From Bacteroidota bacterium (lineage in GTDB: Bacteria > Bacteroidota > Bacteroidia > Bacteroidales > DTGW01): a stretch of DNA of 64,000 nucleotides. The position numbers and the translations under genes were made by a program. The DNA is taken from positions 6,628 to 70,627 of the forward strand of contig JAKPGM010000038.1 of NCBI GenBank assembly GCA_029550865.1. The letters run 5' to 3'. Below are positions 41,713-51,954 of the stretch, one piece after another (within the stretch, counting starts at the first letter, position 1; every line of letters starts with the position of its first letter). Below the pieces are notes generated by a model. That model saw nothing but the letters and a program-made list of their open reading frames with translations, was not told the origin of the DNA and did not search any database.

Positions 41713-43347
41713 ATGAAAAAACTGCTACTATTGCTTGGAATTATTTGCTTTAAGTTGAGTCCCATTTTTGCCGGGGAGGTTGATACCATTCTTCAACAAA
41801 GGGGCGAACTGCATATTAAATTTGCTGTCCCATCAGCCTATTCGATGGAACAGCTTTCGCAAATAATGTCAATTGCGCGTTTTCGCGACGACACGGTTGA
41901 AGCTTTTCTTAATCGTTCGCAGTGGGAGAACTTTAAGAAATTACAAATACCCTATTCTATTGTTTATCAGCAGAAAAGAACAAAATCCTGGGGTGGTTAC
42001 CTGCAGTCATATCCCTCGGAGAAAGCGTATGAACAGGTCATGCAAAGATTTCAAAACGACTACCCGGCACTATGTTACCTTTACGAAGTGGGACGCAGCG
42101 TTAAAAATCGTCCTTTGTTATTTGCACGCATTAATTCCGATACATCTGTTGCTAAGCCCTCTATCATGCTTACCTCGAGTATGCATGGGAATGAAACGGG
42201 GGGAATGATACTCATGCTGCGCCTTATCGATTACTTGCTTACTCACAGGCAAGACAATGCGCAGGTGAAATATTTGACCGATAGCCTTGATATATGGATA
42301 AATCCTTTATCCAACCCCGATGGAATGTATTTCGATAGTACCGATATTTATCAGGCTACTCGATTCAATGCCAATGGGGTAGACCTGAATCGTAACTTTC
42401 CCGATCCGGTTAAGGGATCCCATCCCGATGGTATGGCATATCAACCCGAAACATGGGCTATGATGCAATTATTGAAACGCTATCATTTTGTTATGTCGGC
42501 CAATTTTCATTCGGGCGAAGAGGTAGTGAATTATCCCTGGGATTCAAAGCCTACTTTTCACCCCGACAATGATTGGTTCAGGATGCTGGCCCAAACATAT
42601 GCCGATTCGGCTATTCGGTATGGTACCAATGGATACTTTATGACATATATTGGGAACAGCAATATTGCCGGTATTACCAACGGATATGCCTGGTATCCTG
42701 TATTTGGCGGACGACAGGATTATGTTACCTACTTTATGCGGGGACGCGAAGTTACTATTGAAATAGATAAAGATTTTATTACACCTGAGACCAAACTTGA
42801 TCAACTGTGGCAGGCTAATTATCGCTCACTATTAGCGTGGATGTCTTTTGCTCTTCAGGGCGTAAGGGGAATCGTTACCGATAGCCTTACTGGGAAACCT
42901 ATTGCTGCTTATATAGCAGTTACCGGGCATGATGAAGCAAGTGCTATGATTACATCCGATTCGGCAAGGGGTGTTTTTTTCCGTTTACTTTTGCCTGGTA
43001 ACTATTCTTTTAGCATTACTTGCCCTGGTTATCGGACGCGTACTTTTGAATCAATTAAAGTATGTTCAGGCACCTATACCTATTTAAACGTATCGCTTAT
43101 TCCCGAAGGGAATACTTCAATTTCCCGGGTGGAGATCTTCCCTAATCCTGTTCGCGATAGGTTATACATTCGGCTTGATGATGATAAATGGGATTATGCA
43201 GTGATAAATGGACAAGGCAAGGTATTGATTCAAGGTGTTTCACCATGCGAGCACTTGAATGTTTCCCATCTATCCCCTGGTGTGTACATTTTGCGTATCA
43301 AAGGGGGAAACACAGAGTCAAGATATAGGTTTATGAAGCTTCCTTAA
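41713..43347 (+). CDS. M14 zinc carboxypeptidase with T9SS type A CTD
   Basis: Signal peptide MKKLLLL; HGNE, DLNRNF and NFHSG; CTD IFPNPVRD...GVYILRI. Confidence 0.92.
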   Translation: MKKLLLLLGIICFKLSPIFAGEVDTILQQRGELHIKFAVPSAYSMEQLSQIMSIARFRDDTVEAFLNRSQWENFKKLQIPYSIVYQQKRTKSWGGYLQSYPSEKAYEQVMQRFQNDYPALCYLYEVGRSVKNRPLLFARINSDTSVAKPSIMLTSSMHGNETGGMILMLRLIDYLLTHRQDNAQVKYLTDSLDIWINPLSNPDGMYFDSTDIYQATRFNANGVDLNRNFPDPVKGSHPDGMAYQPETWAMMQLLKRYHFVMSANFHSGEEVVNYPWDSKPTFHPDNDWFRMLAQTYADSAIRYGTNGYFMTYIGNSNIAGITNGYAWYPVFGGRQDYVTYFMRGREVTIEIDKDFITPETKLDQLWQANYRSLLAWMSFALQGVRGIVTDSLTGKPIAAYIAVTGHDEASAMITSDSARGVFFRLLLPGNYSFSITCPGYRTRTFESIKVCSGTYTYLNVSLIPEGNTSISRVEIFPNPVRDRLYIRLDDDKWDYAVINGQGKVLIQGVSPCEHLNVSHLSPGVYILRIKGGNTESRYRFMKLP

Positions 43348-43937
43348 AGGTTGAGTAGTTTGCGAATTTTTTCTGCCTCAATACTTTTCACTTGACCGGG
43401 CAAAAGGTTTCCCAGTTCAATATTGCCAATAGCAATACGAACAAGTCTTAGGGTCGGGAAACCTACTGCTGCTGTCATACGGCGAACCTGCCGGTTTTTG
43501 CCTTCCCAGAGGGTCACTTTAATCCATGAGGTAGGAATATTTTTACGATAGCGAATTGGAGGTATCCGTGGGGGTAGCTCGGGTTCGGCGGTGAGTATTT
43601 CAACTTTTGCAGGTTTGGTAAGATATCTTTTACCTTTAAGATTGATGATAACTCCTTTTTCAAGTTCTTTTTGTGCTTTCTCCGAAAAAATGCCTTCCAC
43701 CTGAACCAGGTATGTACGGGGGTGAGGATGTTTTTCATCAAATAGTAAACCGATTATGCGCTTGTCGTTTGTTAATAACAATAAGCCTTCACTATCAGCA
43801 TCGAGTCGGCCAACAGGATATACATCAGGTGGAAAGTGATAGTCCAGCTGCGACAAACCCACTTGTCCTTCACCAGCTGTGAACTGACTTAGCATCAGGT
43901 AGGGTTTATACACGATAAAATATTGGAGGGAAGCCAT
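43344..43937 (-). CDS. RsuA/RluE-family pseudouridine synthase
   Basis: GRLDADSEGLLLLT and EGKNRQVRRM; the short form without an S4 domain resembles RluE. Confidence 0.92.
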   Translation of the reverse strand: MASLQYFIVYKPYLMLSQFTAGEGQVGLSQLDYHFPPDVYPVGRLDADSEGLLLLTNDKRIIGLLFDEKHPHPRTYLVQVEGIFSEKAQKELEKGVIINLKGKRYLTKPAKVEILTAEPELPPRIPPIRYRKNIPTSWIKVTLWEGKNRQVRRMTAAVGFPTLRLVRIAIGNIELGNLLPGQVKSIEAEKIRKLLNL

Positions 43938-43940
43938 AGA

Positions 43941-44186
43941 TTATTCCGTCCGAACTACAACCGATTGTATTTCGGGTACCTCCTGCATGATGGTTTGTTC
44001 AACGCCCAGCTTTAAGGTAAATTTGCTAAAAGGACAATGTTCACAGGCGCCTATAAGATCCACTATCAGCACATTGTCGTGGGTCAGCTCAACAAATTTT
44101 ACATCCCCACCATCGGCTTGTAGATAAGGTCGGATCTTATCAAGAGCATTCTCAGCACGCTGTATTATTTCATCTTTATTGCTCAA
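43941..44186 (-). CDS. NifU C-terminal domain (Nfu) Fe-S carrier
   Basis: IRPYLQADGGD...GACEHCP. TTG start; TACCTTTG box at 44213-44220. Confidence 0.92.
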   Translation of the reverse strand: MSNKDEIIQRAENALDKIRPYLQADGGDVKFVELTHDNVLIVDLIGACEHCPFSKFTLKLGVEQTIMQEVPEIQSVVVRTE

Positions 44187-44237
44187 GGAAATCTGTTTTT
44201 AGATATTAACAACAAAGGTAACGAAAAGTTTTTTACG

Positions 44238-46199
44238 TTAATTCTTTTCTACACGGCTGAAGGGCACTTGCATTTTGGCTTTTTTATCGACATCCAGTAC
44301 TCGGTAAATGGAGTTGTGACTTTTGAAATCGGGGACTATTTCCTTCATCATAGCAACGATTTCCATTTTGTCGCCCGTTTCTGCCAAATTGATTAAACGA
44401 TTTACCTTTTGTACCACAACCTCAAAGGGATCGGGGATAACTTTGGCTATCATAATTTTAGGGTGGTAGGTTGGGATTGTATTTTCTTCTTTAGCGAGCA
44501 GTTCTTCGTATAGTTTTTCCCCTGGACGTAACCCGGTAAATTTAATTTCGATGTCTTTTCCAGGAATAAGGCCTGCCAGGCGAATCATATTTTTAGCCAG
44601 GTCGACAATTTTAACCGATTTACCCATGTCGAAGATAAATATTTCACCTCCCTTACCCATGGCACTTGCTTCGAGAACCAGTTGACATGCCTCGGGGATA
44701 GTCATAAAATAGCGTGTAACCTCGGGGTCGGTAACGGTAACAGGCCCACCGTTTTCAATTTGTTTTTTGAATAGCGGGATAACTGAACCGTTTGAGCCCA
44801 GGACATTCCCAAAACGTGTAGTAATGAAACTGGTTACGCCGAATTCATTGAGCGACTGGCAGTACATTTCGGCAATTCGCTTGGAAGCCCCCATCACATT
44901 AGTAGGATTTACGGCCTTGTCGGTCGAAATCATAACAAACTTTGAAACTTTAAATTTAATGGCCATGTCAGCCAGCAGTTTAGTGCCATAGATATTGTTT
45001 CGTACAGCTTCAGCGGGGTGGCGTTCCATCATGGGTACATGCTTGTAAGCAGCTGCATGATAGATTACGTCGATGTGATTGTTCTCGAAAATATGTTTTA
45101 GCTTAGTGGGATTGGTAATGTCACCGAGGATATATTCAATTTTGAACTCGGGTGCTTTTTCGTTCAATTCCAGTTCGAGATTATGTAGTGGGGTTTCGCC
45201 CTGGTCGAGCAGGATAACTTTATATGGGCTAAAATTACAGATTTGACGAACAATTTCACTACCAATCGAACCCGCTGCCCCGGTAATTAGTATGGTTTTA
45301 TTGCTAAGCTGCTTTTGTATTTCAGATACATCGAGGGTAATAGGCTCACGTTCGAGCAAGTCTTCTATGCGTATGTTACGTATTTTGCGTAAATCAACAC
45401 CACCATTTAACCAGCTTTTTACGTCGCTCACCGACATCACTTTTACGCCCTGCTTAAGACATTTCTCAATGACAAGATTTTTTAGTGCAGAAGAAATTTG
45501 CGTTCGAGCAATAATAAGTGCTTTTACGCCATATTTTTTAATAACAAAATCGAGCTTTTTGTAATGAAAAATATCAACTCCCTCCAGTTTTTTGTTTTGG
45601 GTGTGTTCGCCCGTATCAATGAATGCGACAAATTTATAAGAGGAGTCAGGATCTAAATCTAAAGCACGCTTTACAGAAACAGCTAATTCCTCAGTGCCAA
45701 AAATAATTGTATTTGTTTTTCCATTTGTATTCGAATGCCATTCGCTGTAGAGTAGTTTGACGAGCATTCGGGTAAAAATCAAAGCAGAGGTAGTAATGAA
45801 AAAATCAATCACTAAGACCGATAATCGAGTGTAGTAATATTTATCGCTCGAAAGCAAATAATAAAGGCCATCCAGGCAAGCTAATATAAGAGAAGCAACG
45901 AGTGTGGCACTTACAATTCGAAATAAATCGCGTATCGATGTGTATCGTATGATGTTGGTGTGCAATCGAATGAAATAGAAGATTAGCGATTTAACCAAAA
46001 CAACGATGGTTGATACTACCAAAATCTTTTTGAAATTTTCGGCAGGTATTTCAAAATTATATCGCAAAGCAAAAGCCAGCAAAATGGAGAAGATAACGAT
46101 GGCGAGATCTACACAAAAGACCATCCACGAAGGGGCAACTCGCGCAGCGAATTTTGCCCTCAGCCCCATCATATATTCCATAAATAGATATTGATTCAT
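44238..46199 (-). CDS. CapD/PglF/WbpM-type nucleotide-sugar 4,6-dehydratase
   Basis: Four N-terminal TM segments; TGAAGSIGSE, HAAAYKHVP, STDKAV and RFGNVLGSNGSV. Confidence 0.94.
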   Translation of the reverse strand: MNQYLFMEYMMGLRAKFAARVAPSWMVFCVDLAIVIFSILLAFALRYNFEIPAENFKKILVVSTIVVLVKSLIFYFIRLHTNIIRYTSIRDLFRIVSATLVASLILACLDGLYYLLSSDKYYYTRLSVLVIDFFITTSALIFTRMLVKLLYSEWHSNTNGKTNTIIFGTEELAVSVKRALDLDPDSSYKFVAFIDTGEHTQNKKLEGVDIFHYKKLDFVIKKYGVKALIIARTQISSALKNLVIEKCLKQGVKVMSVSDVKSWLNGGVDLRKIRNIRIEDLLEREPITLDVSEIQKQLSNKTILITGAAGSIGSEIVRQICNFSPYKVILLDQGETPLHNLELELNEKAPEFKIEYILGDITNPTKLKHIFENNHIDVIYHAAAYKHVPMMERHPAEAVRNNIYGTKLLADMAIKFKVSKFVMISTDKAVNPTNVMGASKRIAEMYCQSLNEFGVTSFITTRFGNVLGSNGSVIPLFKKQIENGGPVTVTDPEVTRYFMTIPEACQLVLEASAMGKGGEIFIFDMGKSVKIVDLAKNMIRLAGLIPGKDIEIKFTGLRPGEKLYEELLAKEENTIPTYHPKIMIAKVIPDPFEVVVQKVNRLINLAETGDKMEIVAMMKEIVPDFKSHNSIYRVLDVDKKAKMQVPFSRVEKN

Positions 46200-46377
46200 G
46201 GAGTTAGCAGTGTTTTTAGTAAAGTTATCAAAAATATTTTAGAAATGCACAGAATTAATACAGCATTATTAAATGTCAATTTTGTCCCAAAAGTTTCACC
46301 TTAATTATGTTTTCTCATTGAGAGGCTCGAATAATTTAACATTATTGGCACAGTAATGTTTGAAAACTTTGATTTTT

Positions 46378-46977
46378 TTAAGACAAATATTGTTCCATAA
46401 GTTTTGCTACATATTTTCCAATGATGTCGAATTCGAGATTAACGATTGAGCCTTTTGTTATCTGGTGAAAATTTGTGTGGTGATAGGTGTAAGGGATAAT
46501 TGCCACCTGAAAGGAGTCATGCTGAGAATTAACGATGGTAAGACTTACGCCATTTACTGCAATACTTCCTTTTTCGACGGTAATATTTTTAAGGGATGGG
46601 TCATAACGAAAAGTATAGTACCAACTCCCCCCGGCTTCGATAACTTCGATGCATTCGCCAGTTTGATCTACGTGACCCTGCACGATGTGACCGTCGATGC
46701 GGCCATTTATAAGCATACTGCGCTCAAGATTAACTTTGTCGCCAGGCTTTAATAAGCCGAGGTTTGACTTCAATAGGGTTTCTTTAACAGCTGTTACCGT
46801 ATACGTTTTTTCATCCCTGTTGATATTCACAACAGTTAAGCAAACCCCATTATGGGCAATACTTTGGTCGATATGTAGTTGGTCTACAAATGAACAGGTA
46901 AGGGTAATGTGTAGATTCTCCTCCTCGCGTTCCAACCTTTTTACAACTGCAGCTTCTTCGACTATTCCCGAGAACAT
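46378..46977 (-). CDS. ribE: Riboflavin synthase (alpha type)
   Basis: MFSGIVE start at 46977; NGVCLTV, VNLE and GHIVQGHVD. Confidence 0.95.
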   Translation of the reverse strand: MFSGIVEEAAVVKRLEREEENLHITLTCSFVDQLHIDQSIAHNGVCLTVVNINRDEKTYTVTAVKETLLKSNLGLLKPGDKVNLERSMLINGRIDGHIVQGHVDQTGECIEVIEAGGSWYYTFRYDPSLKNITVEKGSIAVNGVSLTIVNSQHDSFQVAIIPYTYHHTNFHQITKGSIVNLEFDIIGKYVAKLMEQYLS

Positions 46978-47017
46978 AAGATAAATGTCTTTTAGCAGAA
47001 AAAAAAACTTTATTGGG

Positions 47018-47042
47018 CAAAAGTAATTAATTCTTATCTTTG
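47018..47042. promoter_or_regulatory. Back-to-back divergent -7 boxes for ribE and pgk
   Basis: TACTTTTG on the - strand (47018-25) and TATCTTTG on the + strand (47035-42). Confidence 0.7.
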
Positions 47043-47066
47043 TGTGTTCATAAAATAACAAAAATT

Positions 47067-48329
47067 ATGCAAACTATTGATCAATACAATTTCAAGGGCA
47101 AAAGAGCCATTATACGTGTCGATTTCAACGTACCACTCGACAAGCAGACGTTTGCGGTAACCGATGATACCCGGATTCGGGGAGCTATACCCACCATTAA
47201 AAAAGTGTTGAATGATGGGGGTTCGGTAATTCTGATGTCGCATCTGGGTCGTCCGGATGGGAAGCCACAGGAAAAATATTCTTTGAAGCACATAGTTTCG
47301 ACTGTAGAAAAACATCTTGGCGTTCCCGTTAAATTCGTTGGCGACTGTATGGGAGAAGAGGCTAAGCAGGTATGTGCTTCTTTACAACCAGGGCAGGTTG
47401 TACTGCTCGAAAATTTACGTTTTTATGAAGAGGAAGAAGGTAAACCATACCATTTAGGGGAAAACGCTACAGACGAAGAAAAAAAGGCTGCCAAAGCTCA
47501 GGTAAAGGAAAAACAAAAAGCTTTTGTTAAGCAATTGGCAAGCTATGCCGACTGTTACATAAATGATGCTTTTGGTACTGCCCATCGTGCTCATGCTTCT
47601 ACTGCTTTGATAGCTGAATATTTCCCCAATGATAAAATGTTTGGTTATTTGATTGAGAATGAGTTGAAGGCCATGGATAAAGTTTTGCATTCGCCCGAAC
47701 GTCCGTTTACGGCCATCATGGGTGGTGCAAAAGTTTCTGACAAAATACTTATCATTGAAAATTTATTAAGCCGTGTTGACAACCTTATCATTGGTGGAGG
47801 GATGACCTATACTTTCATTAAGGCACAGGGTGGAAAAATTGGCAAATCGCTTTGTGAGGATGATAAGCTGGAATTGGCATTGGAGCTTCTAAAGAAAGCT
47901 AAAGAAAAAGGGGTGAAAGTATATTTACCTGTCGATGCCGTCAATGCCGATGCTTTTGATGCCAATGCCAATACGCAGGTGACGAAAATTGATGAAACTC
48001 CCGATGGATGGATGGGTTTAGACATTGCTGAGGAAAGTATTAAAATTTTTAGTGAAGTTATTGCCCAATCAAAAACTATCCTGTGGAATGGCCCGATGGG
48101 AGTTTTTGAGATGGAAAAATTCTCCAAGGGCACTTCCGCTATTGCAAAAGCCATAGCCGATGCTACCGCAAAAGGTGCTTATAGCCTTGTTGGAGGAGGT
48201 GATTCGGTTGCCGCAATTAACAAAAACAAGCTGGCCGACAAGGTAAGTTACGTATCTACTGGTGGGGGCGCTATGCTCGAATATCTTGAAGGCAAGGAAT
48301 TACCCGGTATTAAAGCTATTAGAGGATAA
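47067..48329 (+). CDS. pgk: Phosphoglycerate kinase
   Basis: [31 protein letters not shown] and STGGGA; ATG at 47067. Confidence 0.98.
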   Translation: MQTIDQYNFKGKRAIIRVDFNVPLDKQTFAVTDDTRIRGAIPTIKKVLNDGGSVILMSHLGRPDGKPQEKYSLKHIVSTVEKHLGVPVKFVGDCMGEEAKQVCASLQPGQVVLLENLRFYEEEEGKPYHLGENATDEEKKAAKAQVKEKQKAFVKQLASYADCYINDAFGTAHRAHASTALIAEYFPNDKMFGYLIENELKAMDKVLHSPERPFTAIMGGAKVSDKILIIENLLSRVDNLIIGGGMTYTFIKAQGGKIGKSLCEDDKLELALELLKKAKEKGVKVYLPVDAVNADAFDANANTQVTKIDETPDGWMGLDIAEESIKIFSEVIAQSKTILWNGPMGVFEMEKFSKGTSAIAKAIADATAKGAYSLVGGGDSVAAINKNKLADKVSYVSTGGGAMLEYLEGKELPGIKAIRG

Positions 48330-48345
48330 GTTTAGCCTATATAGC

Positions 48346-48372
48346 AAAAAAGCCCCGTTGAGGGGCTTTTTT
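48346..48372. terminator. Bidirectional terminator (pgk / tRNA)
   Basis: AAAAAAGCCCC-gttga-GGGGCTTTTTT. Confidence 0.9.
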
Positions 48373-48373
48373 G

Positions 48374-48444
48374 TTGTCCTGCTAGGACTCGAACCCAGAC
48401 TAGCAGAGCCAGAATCTGATGTGCTACCATTACACCACAGGACA
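48374..48444 (-). tRNA. tRNA-Gln (anticodon CTG), CCA not encoded
   Basis: TGTCCTG TG GTGT AATGGTA GCAC A TCAGA TTCTGGC TCTGC TAGT CTGGG TTCGAGT CCTAG CAGGACA A. TAAATTTG box at 48456-48463. Confidence 0.95.
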
Positions 48445-48592
48445 ATTTGGGATTGCAAATTTATAAAATTTTGGATTTTTTGGAACAAAATTTTTTCCTT
48501 TACTTTTGTGTCAAGCTCTGGTATTTTTAAGCTCGTCAATTGCTTAAGAAACTGTAAGACATATTTTTATAAATTGTTTTAAAAATAATATC

Positions 48593-49642
48593 ATGAAATT
48601 TTTGGTGACTGGCGCAGCCGGCTTTATTGGATTTCATCTCTGTCAAAGGCTCCTGGCGGAAGGATATTGGGTTGTTGGAATTGATAATATTAATGATTAT
48701 TACGACGTTAATTTAAAATGGGGAAGATTGGCTCAATTGGGTATTAGTCGGGAAGAAGTTGTGTATGGGAAAGAAACAAAAAGTCGAATTTTCGATAATT
48801 TCACATTTGTGCAATTAAATCTTGAAGACAACGCTATTCAAGAATGGTTTGGAAAGGCCTCTTTTGATTATGTGATCAATCTGGCTGCTCAGGCGGGAGT
48901 TCGTTATAGTCTTATCAATCCTATGGCTTATGTTAAGAGTAATATGGAGGGCTTTTTAAATTTGCTCGAATGTTGTCGTCGTTATCCGGTAAAACATCTG
49001 ATCTATGCCAGTAGTTCAAGTGTATATGGATTGAATCAGAAATACCCATTTTCCACCCATGCTAATGTGGATCATCCTGTAAGTCTCTATGCAGCGTCGA
49101 AAAAATCGAACGAACTTATGGCGCATGTATACAGCCATTTGTATGGGATACCTACGACTGGACTACGCTTTTTTACGGTATATGGACCATGGGGAAGGCC
49201 AGATATGGCACTTTTTCTGTTTACCAGGGCTATCTTAGAGGGGAAACCCATTGAAATATACAATAATGGAGAAATGGAACGTGATTTCACCTACATTGAT
49301 GATATCGTGGAGGGCGTATTTCGTATTATTTTTCATATACCACAATCTAATCCGCATTGGAATGCCATAAATCCTGATCCAGCAAGTAGCGTAGCACCCT
49401 ATCGTATTTACAATATTGGTAATAGTGAGCCAGTTCGGTTGATGGATTTTGTAGAAGCGCTTGAATTGGAACTTAATGTAAAAGCTCAGCTAATTTTCAA
49501 GCCTTTGCAACCGGGTGATGTGGTACGAACCTACGCCGATACCAGTGATTTGTATCGCGAAATAGGTTATAAACCCAGTACTCCTGTCCGTACCGGTATA
49601 CGGTATTTTGTGGAATGGTACAGGAGTTATTATAAAATGTAG
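48593..49642 (+). CDS. NAD-dependent epimerase (UDP-glucuronate 4-epimerase/CapI type)
   Basis: TGAAGFIG, LAAQAGVRYS, YAASK and FFTVYGPWGRPDMA. TACTTTTG box at 48501-48508. Confidence 0.93.
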   Translation: MKFLVTGAAGFIGFHLCQRLLAEGYWVVGIDNINDYYDVNLKWGRLAQLGISREEVVYGKETKSRIFDNFTFVQLNLEDNAIQEWFGKASFDYVINLAAQAGVRYSLINPMAYVKSNMEGFLNLLECCRRYPVKHLIYASSSSVYGLNQKYPFSTHANVDHPVSLYAASKKSNELMAHVYSHLYGIPTTGLRFFTVYGPWGRPDMALFLFTRAILEGKPIEIYNNGEMERDFTYIDDIVEGVFRIIFHIPQSNPHWNAINPDPASSVAPYRIYNIGNSEPVRLMDFVEALELELNVKAQLIFKPLQPGDVVRTYADTSDLYREIGYKPSTPVRTGIRYFVEWYRSYYKM

Positions 49643-49669
49643 TACTTTCGTACCCAGATAGAAAAGCAT

Positions 49670-50650
49670 ATGAAATCATTTGCACTGATTGGCGCAGCAG
49701 GTTACATAGCCCCTAAACATCTGAAAGCTATAAAAGATACCGGTAATATACTGGTTGCTGCACTCGATAAAAATGACAGCGTGGGTATCCTTGATAGCTA
49801 TTTTCCGCATGCTGATTTTTTTGTCGAATTTGAACGTTTCGATCGACACCTCGAAAAGCTACGTCGGGAGGGGCGAGGGGTTGATTATGTGAGTATTTGT
49901 ACCCCCAATTACTTGCATGATGCACATATTCGGTTTGCCCTTAGGCAACATGCCGATGCTATTTGTGAAAAACCATTGGTGCTTAACCCATGGAATGCTG
50001 AGGCATTACAGGTTATTGAAAAGGAAACTGGTCAAAAGGTAAATACCATTCTCCAATTGCGTCTTCATCCAGTTATTCGTGAGTTGAAAATGGCTGTCGA
50101 TAAAAATAGCTCCTCATTTTTTGATATCGAACTTACCTATATCACCTCGCGTGGTAACTGGTATTTCACCAGCTGGAAGGCACAGGAAGAAAAATCGGGG
50201 GGAATTGCCACCAACATTGGCATTCATTTTTTTGATATGCTCATTTGGATATTTGGTAGCGTCGAAAAGAACATTGTGCATGTTCTAGAACCAAAGAGGG
50301 CTGCTGGTTTCCTTCGATTAAAAAACGCCAATGTTCGTTGGTTTTTGAGTATTGACGAAAATACTTTACCTGATGAGGTACGCAATAGTGGCAAGCGAAC
50401 TTATCGTTCGTTGACCATCAATGGTAAAGAGCTTGAATTCAGTGAGGGATTTACCGATTTGCATACCCTTTCCTACGAAAAGATACTCGAGGGGGAAGGT
50501 TTTGGAATAGCTGACGCATTTCCTAGCATTGATTTGGCGCATCAGATACGAAATGCGAAACCGGTTGGATTACAGGATGATTTTCATCCTTTTGCCTTGA
50601 AAGAAATAGAATATCATCCGTTTTATAAGAAAAAAGGAAATAATGCTTGA
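49670..50650 (+). CDS. wbpB: Gfo/Idh/MocA oxidoreductase, WbpB-like (UDP-GlcNAcA 3-dehydrogenase)
   Basis: FALIGAAGYIAPKH, CTPNYLH, CEKPL, YITSRG.WY..SWK, GGIATNIGIHFFD and FSEGFTDLH. Confidence 0.85.
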   Translation: MKSFALIGAAGYIAPKHLKAIKDTGNILVAALDKNDSVGILDSYFPHADFFVEFERFDRHLEKLRREGRGVDYVSICTPNYLHDAHIRFALRQHADAICEKPLVLNPWNAEALQVIEKETGQKVNTILQLRLHPVIRELKMAVDKNSSSFFDIELTYITSRGNWYFTSWKAQEEKSGGIATNIGIHFFDMLIWIFGSVEKNIVHVLEPKRAAGFLRLKNANVRWFLSIDENTLPDEVRNSGKRTYRSLTINGKELEFSEGFTDLHTLSYEKILEGEGFGIADAFPSIDLAHQIRNAKPVGLQDDFHPFALKEIEYHPFYKKKGNNA

Positions 50651-51944
50651 TTTAAGAGCATATCGGGTAAAGGAAAAATCAATAGCTGTTGTAGGACTGG
50701 GCTATGTAGGATTACCACTGGCTTTAAGTTTTGCCCGGCATTATAGAATTATTGGATACGACATCAATGAGGACCGGATACTTGCCCTGCAAAAACATGT
50801 CGACCCTGATGGAGAGCTCTCGACGGATGATTTTGAAGGAACAGATATTATTTTCACCACCCAACTTGAGCATTTAGCTCAGGCTTCCACTTATATAGTA
50901 ACGGTACCTACGCCTATTGATGAATTCAAAAAACCTGATTTGTCAGCCTTGTTTTCGGCCACCCACACCATTGCTCGGGTACTGAAAAAGGGGGATGTAG
51001 TTATTTACGAGTCGACGGTATATCCGGGTTGTACCGAGGAAGAGTGCATACCTATTTTAGAACGAATTTCGGGTTTGCATTGCCTTGCTGATTTTAAGGT
51101 GGGTTATTCCCCCGAACGTATTAATCCTGGGGATAAAGAGCACACTTTTACCAGAATTATGAAAGTAGTTTCTGGTTGTGACGAGCCTACTGCTGACTTT
51201 CTTGCTGCTTTGTATGGGAAGGTAGTCGAAGCGGGGATATACAAAGCGTCATCCATAAAAGTTGCAGAAGCTGCCAAGATTATTGAAAATACCCAGCGCG
51301 ATGTGAATATTGGGCTGATGAACGAGCTTTCTATTATTTTTCACAGCATGGGAATAAATACGCACGAAGTACTTGAAGCTGCTCGTACGAAATGGAATTT
51401 TTTGCCATTTTACCCGGGTTTGGTAGGTGGGCATTGCATTGGTGTCGACCCGTATTATCTTGCCTATAAGGCTGCAAAGTTGGGTTATCATCCCCAGCTG
51501 ATCAATGCGGGACGGTTGATGAACGATAATATGGCCGCTTTCGTTGCAAAAAATATAATAATAGCGCTTATCAATAGTGGTAAAGACGTAAGACAGGCCG
51601 AAGTTCTTATATTGGGCTTTACTTTTAAAGAAAATATTACCGATACACGCAATTCGAAGGTGGCGGATTTAGTGTATGAATTGCAATCGTTTGGAGTAAA
51701 AAATATTACTATCTTTGACCCGCATGCCAACGCATCGATGGTGCAGAAGAATTATCGATTAAAATTGGCCAGTCAATATAAAGACCGTCAGTATGATGTG
51801 GTTGTTCTTGCGGTGCCACACAAAGAATTTACAACTTTTACTGAAGAAGAGCTTAAAAGCTTGTTACGTTCACCATATATATTTTTCGATTTAAAATCAG
51901 TGTATTTTTCAATACGTAAAAATTTTAATTATTGGAGTTTATAA
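50643..51944 (+). CDS. Nucleotide-sugar 6-dehydrogenase (WbpO/TviB type)
   Basis: GLGYVG, ESTVYPG, SPERINPG and GGHCIGVDPYYL. Confidence 0.92.
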   Translation: MLDLRAYRVKEKSIAVVGLGYVGLPLALSFARHYRIIGYDINEDRILALQKHVDPDGELSTDDFEGTDIIFTTQLEHLAQASTYIVTVPTPIDEFKKPDLSALFSATHTIARVLKKGDVVIYESTVYPGCTEEECIPILERISGLHCLADFKVGYSPERINPGDKEHTFTRIMKVVSGCDEPTADFLAALYGKVVEAGIYKASSIKVAEAAKIIENTQRDVNIGLMNELSIIFHSMGINTHEVLEAARTKWNFLPFYPGLVGGHCIGVDPYYLAYKAAKLGYHPQLINAGRLMNDNMAAFVAKNIIIALINSGKDVRQAEVLILGFTFKENITDTRNSKVADLVYELQSFGVKNITIFDPHANASMVQKNYRLKLASQYKDRQYDVVVLAVPHKEFTTFTEEELKSLLRSPYIFFDLKSVYFSIRKNFNYWSL

Positions 51945-51954
51945 TTTTTTGGAT

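Noticed and set aside
46334-46360. dif-like site / inverted repeat AACATTATTG-gca-CAGTAATGTT
   Set aside because: Only a partial XerD-like arm with no XerC arm; the hairpin is weak and AT-rich.
47430-47530. Charged insertion in Pgk (and the Lys/Ala tail of L21 at 6905-6985)
   Set aside because: Both resemble ordinary Bacteroidales lineage features.
48374-48600. tRNA-Gln as an island integration site
   Set aside because: No duplicated tRNA 3' end or integrase was seen, and the 3' side abuts the core gene pgk.
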